From Squalus acanthias (lineage: Eukaryota), in NCBI GenBank assembly GCA_030390025.1, contig CM059432.1:103666001-103730000 (forward strand): a DNA stretch of 64,000 nt. Reading direction: 5' to 3'. The position numbers were made by a program, and so were the translations under genes. The notes below the pieces were generated by a model. It saw nothing but the letters and a program-made list of their open reading frames with translations. It had not been told where the DNA came from and made no database searches. Positions within the stretch are counted from its first letter, which is position 1; each line of letters starts with the position of its first letter. Positions 25,701-37,329 of this stretch are shown one piece after another.

Positions 25701-26124
25701 TACTCTGTTTAGGTGAAGTCCTGAGAGAATTTCTGGAATACATGAGACAGGCATTTGGAATATGTATATTAGGGGCCTAATACCTGTTAAAGGACCCTTT
25801 TGAAAAAGTAGACACTGATGTGCGGAACAAGCGTCGGACCTGCACCACTCCGGATTCTTCAGCGGGCCCCAAAGTTGAGTATTTAACATTGACCCAGATA
25901 TTGCGGTCGGTGACGTAACGAAGGATTACACCGCCAGAATCCGAACCGAATGCACACTTACCTGATGGGAACGCTCCACCGAGAAGTTGCTGTCAGACGC
26001 TGTGGAGTAGAGGTGCGTAAGCGTACCTGGGATCACCTGGGCCGGTGCTCCAATCAGCAAACAGAAGGTCTCTCATTAATACTATTAGAGATCGTAGGGC
26101 TATTCTCCATTTAAATCTCAGTAC

Positions 26125-26240
26125 TTCGAAAATATACTTAAATTTGTGATTTTGGGGACTGGGTGTGTGCAGAATGCATTGTTATTTTCTAAGTCATCTA
26201 CATTTTCATTTGTTTCCTCCCAGCAAACCATATTAGAAAC
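26125..26240 (-). CDS. Candidate exon of unidentified host gene (VSNMVCWEETNENVDDLENNNAFCTHPVPKITNLSIFSK)
   Basis: Acceptor cattattctcag, open frame, weak donor AA|gtactg; phase 0 in, phase 2 out. Confidence 0.4.
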
Positions 26241-27128
26241 CTGAGAATAATGCTTTCTTCAAAAATCTGTTGGAAGACAGTTCTTTACTTTTCATGGACA
26301 TTAAATACTTTTCATGGACAATAAATGTAACTGTAATAATCCTGTGGGTCACATGTAAATGCTTCTATTTCCGGCCTCAGAATCTCAAAGATAGCAGCCT
26401 CACTCAGAACACCACCCACCTGACGGTAAGTTTGAAAGACTGGCTTGTAGTTTAAGCTTTTAAAATTAAATATATACTTGGATTTGTCAGCAGGTATCCC
26501 TTACACTGTGCAACAGGCCCTGCGCCGTACAATTTTCATACATACTTGCTGGGCAGTTGGTGGGTAATTAGCCCAACTCTGCGCCAGCAATTAGGATTTC
26601 AATGTCGGAACGGATAATCTGTCACGTCGGAACTTGACAGATCGCAAGTTCATGATTTGGCGCATGGAAATCCGAACTTACTGTCCATTTCAAAGGCAGT
26701 ATGACGACCTACTCTGAGAGTATGCCGTCATACCCACCACAAATTCTGCCCCATTATTTTTAAGAAACACCTTCCTTTGGAGCCAGGAGGAGCACGAATG
26801 TTCCTCCAACTCCACAGGAGTTGTGATTGCCCTACCCCCATGGCCCGCAACAACAACCCCTCCTGGGACTTACCTGAGGGTTGCTGCCATCAGGAGAGCT
26901 ACCTGTGGAAGCATGACCAGCACTGGCATCTCACTCCAATTATTCAGATGAGGTCCGAGGACCAATTTCTGTTGATCCTCAGGCCTCTTGCTTTGGGCGC
27001 ACATCTGCAGCGCTGCCTGGGCCCATTCATGGGCTTAGACTAATTTCTACTCCTTTGTGTTTTGCTCTGGCTCTAATTTGCTCCTGGTTGCACTGTCGTG
27101 TCCAATGTGTAGTTTAATCTCCATACAC

Positions 27129-27328
27129 CTGAGTCATTGTGTATGGAATGCAGTAAGATAACCTTCCCAGAGAGTTTTGCTGGCTGAATGACTCTCTGGA
27201 ATTGCTTGTGTACTTATCAATCCTCTTGTTTTCTTTAGGACGATACTTTATCTTTTTAAGATACTCGATGATCTCACGTGGCATTGCTCTTATTGAGTCA
27301 GAGATAGTGTTGTTGCAAGGGGGGCTAC
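27129..27328 (-). CDS. Candidate 200-nt exon of unidentified host gene (SPPCNNTISDSIRAMPREIIEYLKKIKYRPKE...CIPYTMTQ)
   Basis: Acceptor tggtttcttaag, 66 open codons in non-repeat DNA, donor CAG|gtgtat. Confidence 0.45.
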
Positions 27329-27391
27329 CTTAAGAAACCATTTAGCATGATTGTTAAAGTGATTCACACAGGCAGTTTAGAAAATAATCAT

Positions 27392-27496
27392 TTGTTCAGC
27401 CCTTTTATTGCACTTGTCAACTGCAGTTATAGGAGATCAGCTAGTATATGGTCTACATATTTTGATTTTCAAAGTCGTCTCTTAAATTTTGAAGAG
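27392..27496. repeat. Local duplication, copy 1 (empty site)
   Basis: About 105 bp matching 28199-28252 joined to 28620-28669. Confidence 0.9.
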
Positions 27497-27527
27497 GTGG
27501 AAGTGGGAGAGGGATGCATATCCCCAC

Positions 27528-27595
27528 TGAAAGAATTTGGAAAGAAGTTTGTAAGAGATTTCCCAAGAGACACTGAAGTGTTTTTTGATTGGTAC
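27528..27595 (-). CDS. Candidate exon of unidentified host gene (YQSKNTSVSLGKSLTNFFPNSF); alternatively a terminal exon ending 27469
   Basis: Strong acceptor ttttttttccag; weak donor A|gtgggg; reading on gives TGA at 27469 and AATAAA near 27405. Confidence 0.35.
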
Positions 27596-28252
27596 CTGGA
27601 AAAAAAATAGATATTAGTTTCCTCGACCACTGCAGGAAAATAAATAATTACATTTGTTCTCACATACTATACTCACGTAATATGAGGGAGTAGCTTATTG
27701 CTTTTACTATCAATTTGTTTAAGTATAGATTTTTATAGCAAATACCAAGAGATATATAGAACTTAAAAAATTAAATTAATTTGCATATTTCTGCAACAGC
27801 ACTTTGTATTACAAAAAGTAAATAAATGAAATAAACATGAATTCATGCTTTTATCCAAACTTGAATAATGGTACAGTCATTCAAAAAGTTGCTACTGTTT
27901 ATATGAACAATGGTTGTTTCAGAGTTCCGAGTATAAACACACAAGTAAAATAAACTATTTAGAATACACAAAATTTAAAGACTTTTTTTTGCCTCTCCTA
28001 GGAGGTTACATGGCTGTGGGGGGCAGGGGGATAGGAAGTGTCTCGTCCTGATGCTCCAGCCATCATGCGTGATGGGGTAGGCTTGATGGGCCAGCTAGCC
28101 TTTTCCAGCATGTCATTTTCGTATGTTCATAGATTAACATTGAGTCATTCCAGCCGGAGTCTTTCCCCACTTGGTTAGTTTTCTCCTCAATATATCTGTG
28201 TTCAGCGCTTTTATTGCACTTATCAACTGCAGTTATAGGAGATCAGCTAGTA

Positions 28253-28617
28253 CAGGAAACTCTTTATTAACCGGCACCGACGGGACCGGCGTGGTGCCGG
28301 TTAATCAAAAAGTCCGGATAACGGAGAGTTATATCTCCCAACGTACGAGAGCCCCGTACACACTGACATGCGCCTGCATTCGGAGCTCCGTCTCCCCGGG
28401 GACCGCCAGCTGACCATCTGTCGTGTCCGCTGCCTACCCGGGCTGCACATTCCCCTCCCAATCTACACGCTCCGATATAAGGCAAACGCCTCGGGGGGTT
28501 TTTTCAAAGTTATTTTTAAAGGAGAGATGAAGGAAAACCCCGGTTACCTACTCAAGAATTTTGCTGGTTAAGAGAGATTTCCGGTTATTTGGGTGCCGGT
28601 TAAAAGAGAGTTTCCTG
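28253..28617. mobile_element. Tc1/mariner (Tigger/pogo-like) MITE, 365 bp
   Basis: 26-bp TIRs CAGGAAACTCTTTATTAACCGGCACC / GGTGCCGGTTAAAAGAGAGTTTCCTG; TA TSD confirmed by the empty paralogous site. Confidence 0.95.
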
Positions 28618-29221
28618 TATATGGTCTACATATTTTGATTTTCAAAGTTATCTCTTAAATTTTGAAGAGATCATGCTTTACCTCGTTCTGATGTTTATGT
28701 AACAACAACAACTTTGCTTACTTTCAATGGTTTCCCTGGGATTTTCATTCTTAGCAATTTTCCATTGGAGGAATGGAGTTTACAACAGCAAGTCATTGCG
28801 TGCTATGTGAATAGCCAATCTTGCGGTAAATCATAAAACAATCTAAAAGTTGTGAACACTAGTGCATCCTGTTGACCTGTTGAATCTCTTCAGCTGACAT
28901 TACTGTGGTCTAGGCACTTGCATGAACTTATACATCAGGCTTCTCACGTAGACATAGGTCTCCAACGGAAAATATTTATGTTACAGAAATTTCAAACAGA
29001 GAAGATGCTATTATATACGTAAGTTTAATCATTTTCTTGTAACGTTTGTAATTTTTAAATCTTTATTATGCTGCAAAGCTTATTTCCAACAGTAAGTGCT
29101 CAGTTTGGTGGAGAAAGGAAGATGGTGACCAAAAGAATTAAAAAATATATATATATGCATCAATTTGATTCATTCCCCTTTCCTTTATTGGTGGATTTTG
29201 CTGAAGGCTCATGCTTGATTC

Positions 29222-30625
29222 AGCCCTGGCTCAGTGTGAATGCTCTTGCCTCTGAGTTAGAAGTTTGTGGGCTCAAGCCCCACTGCAGAGACTTGAGCAC
29301 CCAATCTAGGCTGACACTTCAGTGCCATTCTGAGGGAGTGCTACACTTTTGGGTGAAACATTGGCCTGGATTTTGCAGTAAAAGTAACGGTGAGCCCTCA
29401 CCGTTATTAAAGAGTAAATCTGACAGCAACATCCGGTGACCGCACATGCGCAGTTAAGTACAGAAATCCAGAAGCTGTTGTCCAATTTGTCCTGCTCCTC
29501 CATAAGCTTTGCTATAACAGTATCTCACTGAGACACTCGCCATTGAAACACACGGAAGGGTGTGAAATTGCTGTACTTACGTGATAGATACCTACTCAAC
29601 ACTCCAGAAAAAGTTGGGGCTTGTCCATTCCAGTGTCAGTAAATTATTAATGGTATGATAAGTCTTAATTACTGCCAAACAACATCTCTGAAAATTTACT
29701 TTCAAAAGTGTGGAGTCTCATTCCTTCAGATTTTAATTATTGTTGGTGATTAAAAAAAATTAAAAATTAAATAATTCTATTTTTAACTTTTTCTCTGTCT
29801 GTTTTATCTCCCTCTCTCTTAATCTCCCCTTTCTTTCCCTCTTTCTATTTCACTTTCTGTACATGTGATGACATTGAATTAACTATTCTAACTTACACTT
29901 CCTGGTTCAGACACTGCGGGGGGAATTTTAACCCTCAAAAACCTGCGGGTTTGGGTCGGGTGGGAGGTTAAAGTGGTAGAAATCTGAATCCCGACCCCAA
30001 CTTGCCTCCAACCCACTACTTCAGTTTTAACGGTTTTACCTCCTTTGTGCTCTGCTCCCTGGCTGCAGCCTGGTGCTGCAGGTTTACCTGCCCGACAGCC
30101 AGCCAGCCTCTCAATCTGGCTGACTGGGGGGCTGGGGGGGGGGCAGTGGAGGTGGGGGGGGTGGAAACAGAGAAAAAAATGCTAATCAGGCCCTGCCATT
30201 AAATTCGGCAGCGCCTGAGGTAAACCTGTTCTCCCGGGTTTCTCAACCACGATCCAGCTCCCCGGCTCCCTACCTGTCTCCAAGTTAAAACCCTACTCTA
30301 CATGTCTCGGTAAGGATTCTTCAATCTGATTGGTTGAAGAGATACACAGTTGCTTTCTCTGTTCACACAGGTCCCAGATCCCCTGTAAAGGGCGCTGTGC
30401 CAAAATGGTTTTCTAATCACAGCAAGTTCCAGCGCAAAACCCCACAGAAATTCTGCAGGCAAGTGTAAGTGTAATGAATGGCTGGTGCTGTTTGTTCGTC
30501 GCTGACTGCAAAATCCGGGCCAAAAATTGAGGCCCTGATGGCCTGCTCAGGTGAATGAAAAAGATCCCACGACAATATTCAAAGAAGGGCAGGAGACTTT
30601 TGGTGTCCTAGCCAACATTTATCTC
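29222..30625 (+). mobile_element. Deu-type SINE split by a MITE
   Basis: Head 29222-29362 and continuation 30522-30625 are colinear with the SINE at 1663-2112. Confidence 0.7.
29363..30521. mobile_element. Harbinger-like MITE with a further nested MITE (about 29918-30292)
   Basis: 17-bp TIRs GGCCTGGATTTTGCAGT / ACTGCAAAATCCGGGCC. Confidence 0.8.
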
Positions 30626-30875
30626 TACTGCTGTGGGAGGTGTGCAAAGAAAGAGTGCTGAATTGAAAGAAACTAGCAGAAAGCTTCAGAAAAAAAACCA
30701 CCAGCAATAATACAAAGTTCAATTAATCAAGGTAAAAACAGCAACCAAATCAGAAATAGTATACAGAAGGCAAAGCTCAATAATATGGCAACCTAGCTTT
30801 AAATGGTGGAGTTCTTCAAAGAACAGCTTGCAGGCCTCCCAGCCCCCATTTTGTAAAAGCAGTCAGTGAATCAAT

Positions 30876-31626
30876 GGGCCAGAAATTTGGGTCGGAGGCT
30901 TCCCGCGGGTGCAAGCCCCCGACCTTCACTTACCTAGCGCGCCTGCCGTTGTGCTGTGGGCCCGCGTGGGATTCCGGTCCTGGGCCTCCTGCAGTGCTTG
31001 CGTATCCCAGGGGCGCAGTTAGTTCGAAGCGTCCCCTGGGATCACGTGGGCCATGGAGAGCCAATTGGAGCAGGGAATCTCCATTCATAGATTTGACAGG
31101 AAGACCTGTCAAATCTATGAATAGAGATCACCCCCAAAACCTAACTAAAACTTCAAATAATTTTTTTTTTAAATCACATTTTTAAAATAACTATAAATTA
31201 CATAAATTAACTATTTTAAACAAAAATTAAAATTTTTGAAAAAATTAATTACAGTTTTTAACGGGGCTAAAAATAAACGTACCTTTCTTTAAAGTATTTA
31301 AAAAAGATAAACCTGTGGAAAAATGTTTAAATTTCACTTAATTCACCACTTACCTTGTTAAAAGCAGGCCTTGCGCCTGCTTTTTCCCCGCGCAGCTGCC
31401 AGGGACTTACCCACACTTCAAAACCTGTAAAAAAAAAAGCAGAAGTTCGCTGCGTGCACACTGCCTCTCCGGCGCACGCGTTTGACCTCCGAACCCCTTC
31501 CTTCAAGGGAACAGAAGTTCCAGTTCCCAGCGTATGCGCAGTGCATGTGCGAAACCGGCACTTTTGTTTGGTCTACGGGTGAGTACACAGCGCGTACTCA
31601 CCCGTGGAGACCCGAATTTCTGCCCC
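30876..31626. mobile_element. PIF/Harbinger MITE, 751 bp
   Basis: 18-bp TIRs GGGCCAGAAATTTGGGTC / GACCCGAATTTCTGCCCC; 3-bp TSD AAT; internal 23-bp hairpin 31078-31127. Confidence 0.88.
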
Positions 31627-31699
31627 AATATTAACTGTGCTGCAAAAATTACTTGAGGAATCCAAGTGAGACCCATTTATATTTATTTACAGTAATGTA

Positions 31700-32420
31700 T
31701 AATGAGGCTAGTGCACATGCAGAGTGCTGCCTCCCAAACAATATTGAAAACTTTTGTTCCTATGGAATCGGGAGTTCAGCATCAAGTACACTGTTGCCAA
31801 CTACTTTGTGTTCTTCATGGGCTTGGCCTTCAGTATCAGGAGTGTCATCATCAGCCACGCTGGCACCCTCTGGGACATCTGCCATCAGTCCTTTCTGGAT
31901 AGCAAAGTTATGGAGCACACAGTATGCTACCACAATTTGCTTTACAGTGCTTGGCACATACTGCAGGGAATCCTGGACATATACAGGCACTGGAACCTTC
32001 CTTTAAGGATATCAATTCTAAATCTTGTCCTTTGTTGTAGTGCTCCTCTGCAGCACGACTGGACCTATGAAACGACATCATGAGCCATGGGAGCAGTGGG
32101 TATATTTTGTCATCCAGCAGCCATCCTGCCCCTTGCCCCTGTTGTTGAAATAGAGCGGGAATACTGGACTGGCAAATAATATAAAAGCATCATGAAAGCT
32201 TCCAGCCTATTGTGAATTCATGTGCAGAAAGCTGTGCCTATCATCGCTAATGACCTTAGGGAATGAAAGTCTTTGTGGTTGATTTAAATAAGAGCTCTCT
32301 GTGCTGTTTACCGTACAAACACTGTCCTGAAATGACCTCTGACTCTGCCTTTGATCTTCATTTCTTGTCTCTGGGCAACAGGGAATGCAGGTGCAGTGAT
32401 GTGATATCCATCATGTAAGG
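31700..32420 (-). pseudogene. Harbinger transposase remnant
   Basis: LQYVPSTVKQIVVAYCVLHNFAIQKG; degenerate WLLDDK motif near 32110-32125. Confidence 0.75.
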
Positions 32421-34610
32421 TTGTGCAAGTGAATTCTAACAGGAAGTGTCCTTAATGCATGGGCCTGAATTTGCTGCAAACTTGCACCATAGTAATAACG
32501 TATTAAAGGCATGCACCATTGTTAATATATAAAAGTTCCACGAAATATTGGAGTAAGTTACGTCATGAGTTGCATTGCGCCATAGTTTGCTGCCATGTTT
32601 GCGCCGCTCTGCCATCAGCCTTGCCAAAGCCAATAAAAGTCCGTTCTCACCGCTCAGCCCTCCATTGCAGTCAATGGTGATGACCAATTTGCTGGATTTA
32701 TGCCATTATTTGTGCCGCATTCAGTTAGACTGAAAAATAATGGCATGGGTGACCTGGTAAAGATGTGGGGGGGCTAAATTGGATAGCCTCTGAAATCGGG
32801 CGCAGGGATCGCGATGCACAATTACTCGCGCCTGTTCAGTGTAATGCAGGCAGCATGCCAGCTTTGTGCTGCCTGCTCATTATAATGATTTCTGCGTGCA
32901 TCAGCAGGTGGCCTAATTGCGTTACATGCTAGCACTACTTAATGCTAGCCTGCACCTCTTAAAGGGAAGGTGCATTGTGGCTGCTGGAGGTGCTGAGATC
33001 ATTGGGAATGGTGTGCTGTGCAACAAACAACAAAGGCTGACCATGAAAGAGAGCGTGCACCAAGGTTTTCAGATGCTGCATTGGATGTCTTGGTGGAAGA
33101 GGTGGAAAGAAGGAGAGTCCTATATCCGCAGGGGGGAAGGTGGCCCTCCAGACAAATGGTCAAAAAGCAGTGGGAACAAATAGCCTCAGAGGTCAATGTC
33201 AGAGTTTAGGCCCAAAGACCTGGATCCAGTGCCACAAGAAGTTTAATAACCTCACACGAGCGATCAAGGTCAGTGAATGCATCTTCAAATGCCATATCCT
33301 ACCAACTGCACCACTAGCCTCAGCCACTGCTCAATTTACTACATCCCCATCACTCACCTATCTACCAACAATCTCTATCAATCAGGACTCATATCTAATA
33401 TTCAGATGCTTCACCTCACCATCACACACTTAGCACTGTCGCAAGCCTCACATTCACATCTCACAGCTTGCACAAACTACCAGCTATTCAATCATGACAG
33501 CCACATCACCCAAACATATTGCACAATGCTCACTGACACACTTACCTCTTTCTTGCAGGAGAAGGTGATACACAACTGAATGCGGCAGGAACTAACCGGG
33601 GAGGGACAGGCGCGCCTGCATGTTCTAACACCCATGGAGGAGACGGTGCTGACCATTATGGGAAGGGCCACTGCTTAGACCATGGCCACCAGTGGGGCTG
33701 AATCCATTGAAGATGACAATATCCTCATACCTAATCCTCCTTCTCACATCCCACTTCCCCCTCATCCCAGAATCTCTTCTGACTTATAAGCTGCAGATGG
33801 CGTAAACATGCACTTCTTATGTTCTCCTCTCCCCTCACCACAACTCAACCCTTGTCCCTTTTACATTTCAGATACCCAAGAACTGCAACCTGCCCAGGCA
33901 GTGGTGGAAGAGCCAGAAGACAGCGATGATGAAGACACACCGGCACTTGATTTCACACTCGCAGCCACCAGCTCAGATACTGACACTGCGCATATCTTAG
34001 AGGATAGCATAGAAGCGGGATCTGCACATGGTGAGACACCGGGCACAAGTGCACTGCAGCCAGGGCAGGGTGCAAGGATAGCACAGGTGCCAGCTCACTG
34101 GAGGGCGAGGTCGCACACGAGATCTGCTGCAGAGGACTCAGATGAGGACTTCAAAGGACCAGGCTACTGAAAAATGCTAATGGGTGTACACAACAAAATG
34201 CTTGGTGCATTGGGAAGCCTGCCAGAAAGCCTGCATTCAGTGTCAAGGAACATGGAGGAGTCCAACAACAACTTGACAAGGGTTTTGCACAGAGCTTGGA
34301 GCCCATCCTTCCCAGCATGGAACTGGTGGTCACCTCCATTAGCACTCTTGTTCAACCAACCATGATGCTGCATCTGAGGGCCAATGTCTCAGCTTCCATT
34401 GCAGCACTAGCAGCAGCCACCCAAGGTCTGAGTGTTGCAGTGGAAGCTCAGACTGCTGCCGTCATGGATACCAGAGTTCAAAGGGGCTTCCAAGGCGTCA
34501 CAGCAGTCCAGCAATCTGTCCTCCAACAGATTACTAGGGTTGCTAAGGCACGACCCCGGGGGAGTGGCAGTGTCTCTGTGGAGGATGAACCTGCTGTCCT
34601 CTTTCAGGAT

Positions 34611-34824
34611 CATGATGCGGAGATGCCGGTGTTGGACTGGGGTGGACAAAAATGAGAAGTCGCACAACACCAGGTTATAGTCCAACAGTTTTATTTGAAA
34701 TCACGAGCTTTCGGAGCGCTGCTCCTTCGTCAGGTAAAGTGACGAAGGAGCAGCGCTCCGAAAGCTCGTGATTTCAAATAAAACTGTTGGACTATAACCT
34801 GGTGTTGTGCGACTTCTCATTTTT
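34611..34824. mobile_element. Penelope-like inverted pseudo-LTR with hammerhead core
   Basis: Perfect 85-bp arms 34648-34732 / 34740-34824; 12-bp TSD CTCTTTCAGGAT; CTGACGA-stem-GAAA motif. Confidence 0.85.
34699..34738 (-). ncRNA. Putative minimal type I hammerhead ribozyme
   Basis: TTAC CTGACGA A GGAGC AGC GCTCC GAAA GC TC GTGA: conserved core, stem II, short stem III, stem I with one G-U pair. Confidence 0.65.
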
Positions 34825-35289
34825 CTCTTTCAGGATAACAGCATTCGTCCTCCCACCACTCCCACTCCGCCAATGACCTTGCTGTTGCCTGTCAGCCAGC
34901 CTGCTGCCGCCCATGCCGAGATGGTGCAGTCTGAAGTCGGGCCTTCTAGGCGCAGAGCTGATCGAGGTCATCCTCCAAGGCATCTGCAGTCTCCTCCACT
35001 GAAAGTCAGCAGCTTCCACCAGCCATGCTGCAGCTACTGGATAACACTTCATAGGAGCACTAGGACAGTCAAAGGCACACGGAAAACAGGCACTAAGGGA
35101 ATTCACAAGGGTGATTAGTTTAGTTTTGTATGCAATATGGCATGATTGAATTTATAAATTTGGTTTGGAATTTGTATTTTGAGTTGGCTTTTATTTTTGC
35201 CTTGTAGCCAAGAGGACGATGTGGTGGTCAGTGACACGGGGAAAGTAAGGAGTGTGGGACTGTTGGTGAATGGAGAATTGAGGTTGAGG

Positions 35290-36467
35290 TTACTGATATC
35301 GCACTTGAATTAGTTCTTCACGTGCAGCCCGAGCAGAAAGGGGCTGTCTAGGTTGCAGCCTCACTTCCTCTTCCTCCTCTTCCTCATCCTCCTCTACCTC
35401 TTCCTCCTCCTCCTCATGCTCCTGCTCCTCAACTTCCCACCTGATAGGTGGTAGCAAGGGCTGTTCCCTCACGATGGCAAGGTTGTGCAGCATGCAGCAT
35501 ACCACCACAAATCTTCAGACCCGCTCAGCCGAGTACTGCAAGGTTCCTCAAGAGAGGTCCAGTCAGTGGAATCATTGCTTCAGGGCGCCAATAGTCTGCT
35601 CTATCACATTTCTTGTGGCAGCATGGCTCTCATTGTATGCATGCTGCGCACGTGTGCGTGGGTTGCGAACCAGAGTCATGAGTCATGTCATCAGTGGATA
35701 GCCCTTGTTGCCCAGTAGCCACCCTTTGGTTTGTCGTGGTGGTTCAAATACAGCTGGCACAGTGGACTGCCGCAGAATGAAAGCATCATGACTGCTGCCA
35801 GGATACCGGGCACTGACCTGCATGATGCGCTGCCTATGGTTATACACCAGCTGCACATTGAGTGAGTGGAATCCCTTTCGGTAAATGTACATGGCAGAGT
35901 TGCCCTGAGATGCACGCAAAGCAATGTGCGCTGCAGTCAATGGCACCCTGCACCATGGGGATACCTGCAATCCGAGCAAACTGTCGTGATCGCTCCGCCT
36001 GCTTCTCTCTGGAAAGAGGGAATGAAATGAAGTTATCTCTCTTTGAATAGAGTGCCGCAGTGACCTTCTTTATTCAACAGCGCACTGCAAACTGCGAGAT
36101 GTCGCAAATATCTCCAGCAGCAGCCTGGAAGGAGCCAGATGCATAAAAGTTCATCGCCATGGTCACCTTCACAGCCACTGTTAATGTGGTCCTTGCTCTG
36201 CTCAGATGTTGGCGTGTGGCTGCAGCAGTTGGCAGATTTCAGTGATGACCTCCTTAGTGAAGCGAGACATCTCAAGCATTGGTCGTCGCTGAGGTTCAGG
36301 TAGGAGAATTGCTCCCTGAACACCCTCAGTGGATATGGCCTCCTGCTGAGAGCCCTTCTCCCACTCCTCCTGCTCCCTCTTCTAGCAGCTTGTCCTGCTC
36401 TGCATGGCCTCTACTCATTCTCCCAGTCATGCTCAATGCCAAGAGGAAGGCTTACCAGGCCACCCAT
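35290..36467 (-). pseudogene. Harbinger DDE transposase of H1 (HARBI1-like), frameshifted
   Basis: FREQFSYLNLSD, RKGFHSLNVQLV, ARYPGSSHDAFIL, WLLGNKGYPL, VVCCMLHNL, Glu-rich tail. Confidence 0.92.
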
Positions 36468-36989
36468 GTCTGGGAGCAACCGGTTTGTGCAGAAGCCTTG
36501 AAGTCAGCAAAAATACTTCAACACCTGCCACACCACTCCCTGTAGACTTTTGAAACTTGAAACAGCTATGGAAAGCATCAACAATGTGTAGAATTGTAGC
36601 AACAGCCAGAAGAAATCAACCAGCAACTAACCTGGAAGTAGTTGATGATCCCTTTAAATATCGCTGGTGGGTGTCCTTCATGTTGCTTAACGCGTGTCCA
36701 GCCCTGCGAGGTTAAGAGAGGGCGTCAGCTGGAGCGTGGAGCTCCAAAATGTCAGCGCTGGTGTCATATCAACTTTGCATGCTGATTGACGTCATGACCT
36801 GCCTGCTCTGCACACTTCCGGCAGAAGTTAGATGTGCGTGCGCTCACCCCTTTACCAAGATGGCGTCTGGCATGCTTTGTGTCAGAAGTGTGCGAGCGCA
36901 CCGCGGATGCCATTTTGGAACCCTAAGGGGACTAAAAGCACCCAAAAAACAGGTGCTACCTAGTCCAATTTCGCTCCCATGATTTTTAT

Positions 36990-37325
36990 ATGTGTTTGAA
37001 GGCAAATTATTGACCTGGTTAGGAAATCGGCTGAGCGGCAGGAGACAGACAGTAGGGATAATAACTAGTGGTGTCCTACAGGGATCTGTGTTAGGGCCTC
37101 AACTATTCACTGTATTTATTAATGACTTAGATGATGGGATAGAGAGCCAAATATCCAAGATTGCCAATGACACAAAGATAGGCAGTATTTTAAGTAGCGT
37201 AGATGGAAGCATAAAATTACAAAGAGATATTAATGAATTAAGTGAATGCGCAAAACATTGGCAAATGGATTTCAATATAGGCAAGTGTGAGGTCATCCAC
37301 TTTGGACCTAAAAAAGGATAGAGCA
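36990..37325 (+). mobile_element. Older CR1, fragment 1 of 3
   Basis: SGVLQGSVLGPQLF, IANDTKI, CEVIHFG; resumes at 42700 and 47995. Confidence 0.88.
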
Positions 37326-37329
37326 GAAT

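Larger units (their letters stand above)
33033..35118 (+). pseudogene. Three-exon Myb/SANT-like partner gene of H1 (NAIF1/MSANTD-like), disrupted
   Basis: RAPRFSDAALDVLVEEV...QWEQI...WIQCHKKFNNL; donor gtcagt near 33269; acceptors ttcttgcag near 33558 and atttcag near 33871; stops and frameshifts. Confidence 0.85.
32768..36978. mobile_element. Near-complete two-gene PIF/Harbinger transposon (H1)
   Basis: Imperfect TIRs GGGGCTAAATTGGA / TCCAATTTCGCTCCC; convergent Myb (+) and transposase (-) genes. Confidence 0.92.

Noticed and set aside
26224..26425. Plus-strand exon (cccag ... gtaagt)
   Set aside because: All three frames contain stops; other plus-strand candidates (12096, 27239, 51430) gave no convincing chain, though a non-coding transcript is not excluded.
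28683..28810. Additional minus-strand exon
   Set aside because: Two alternative donor/frame choices, neither with both a good acceptor and consistent phase.
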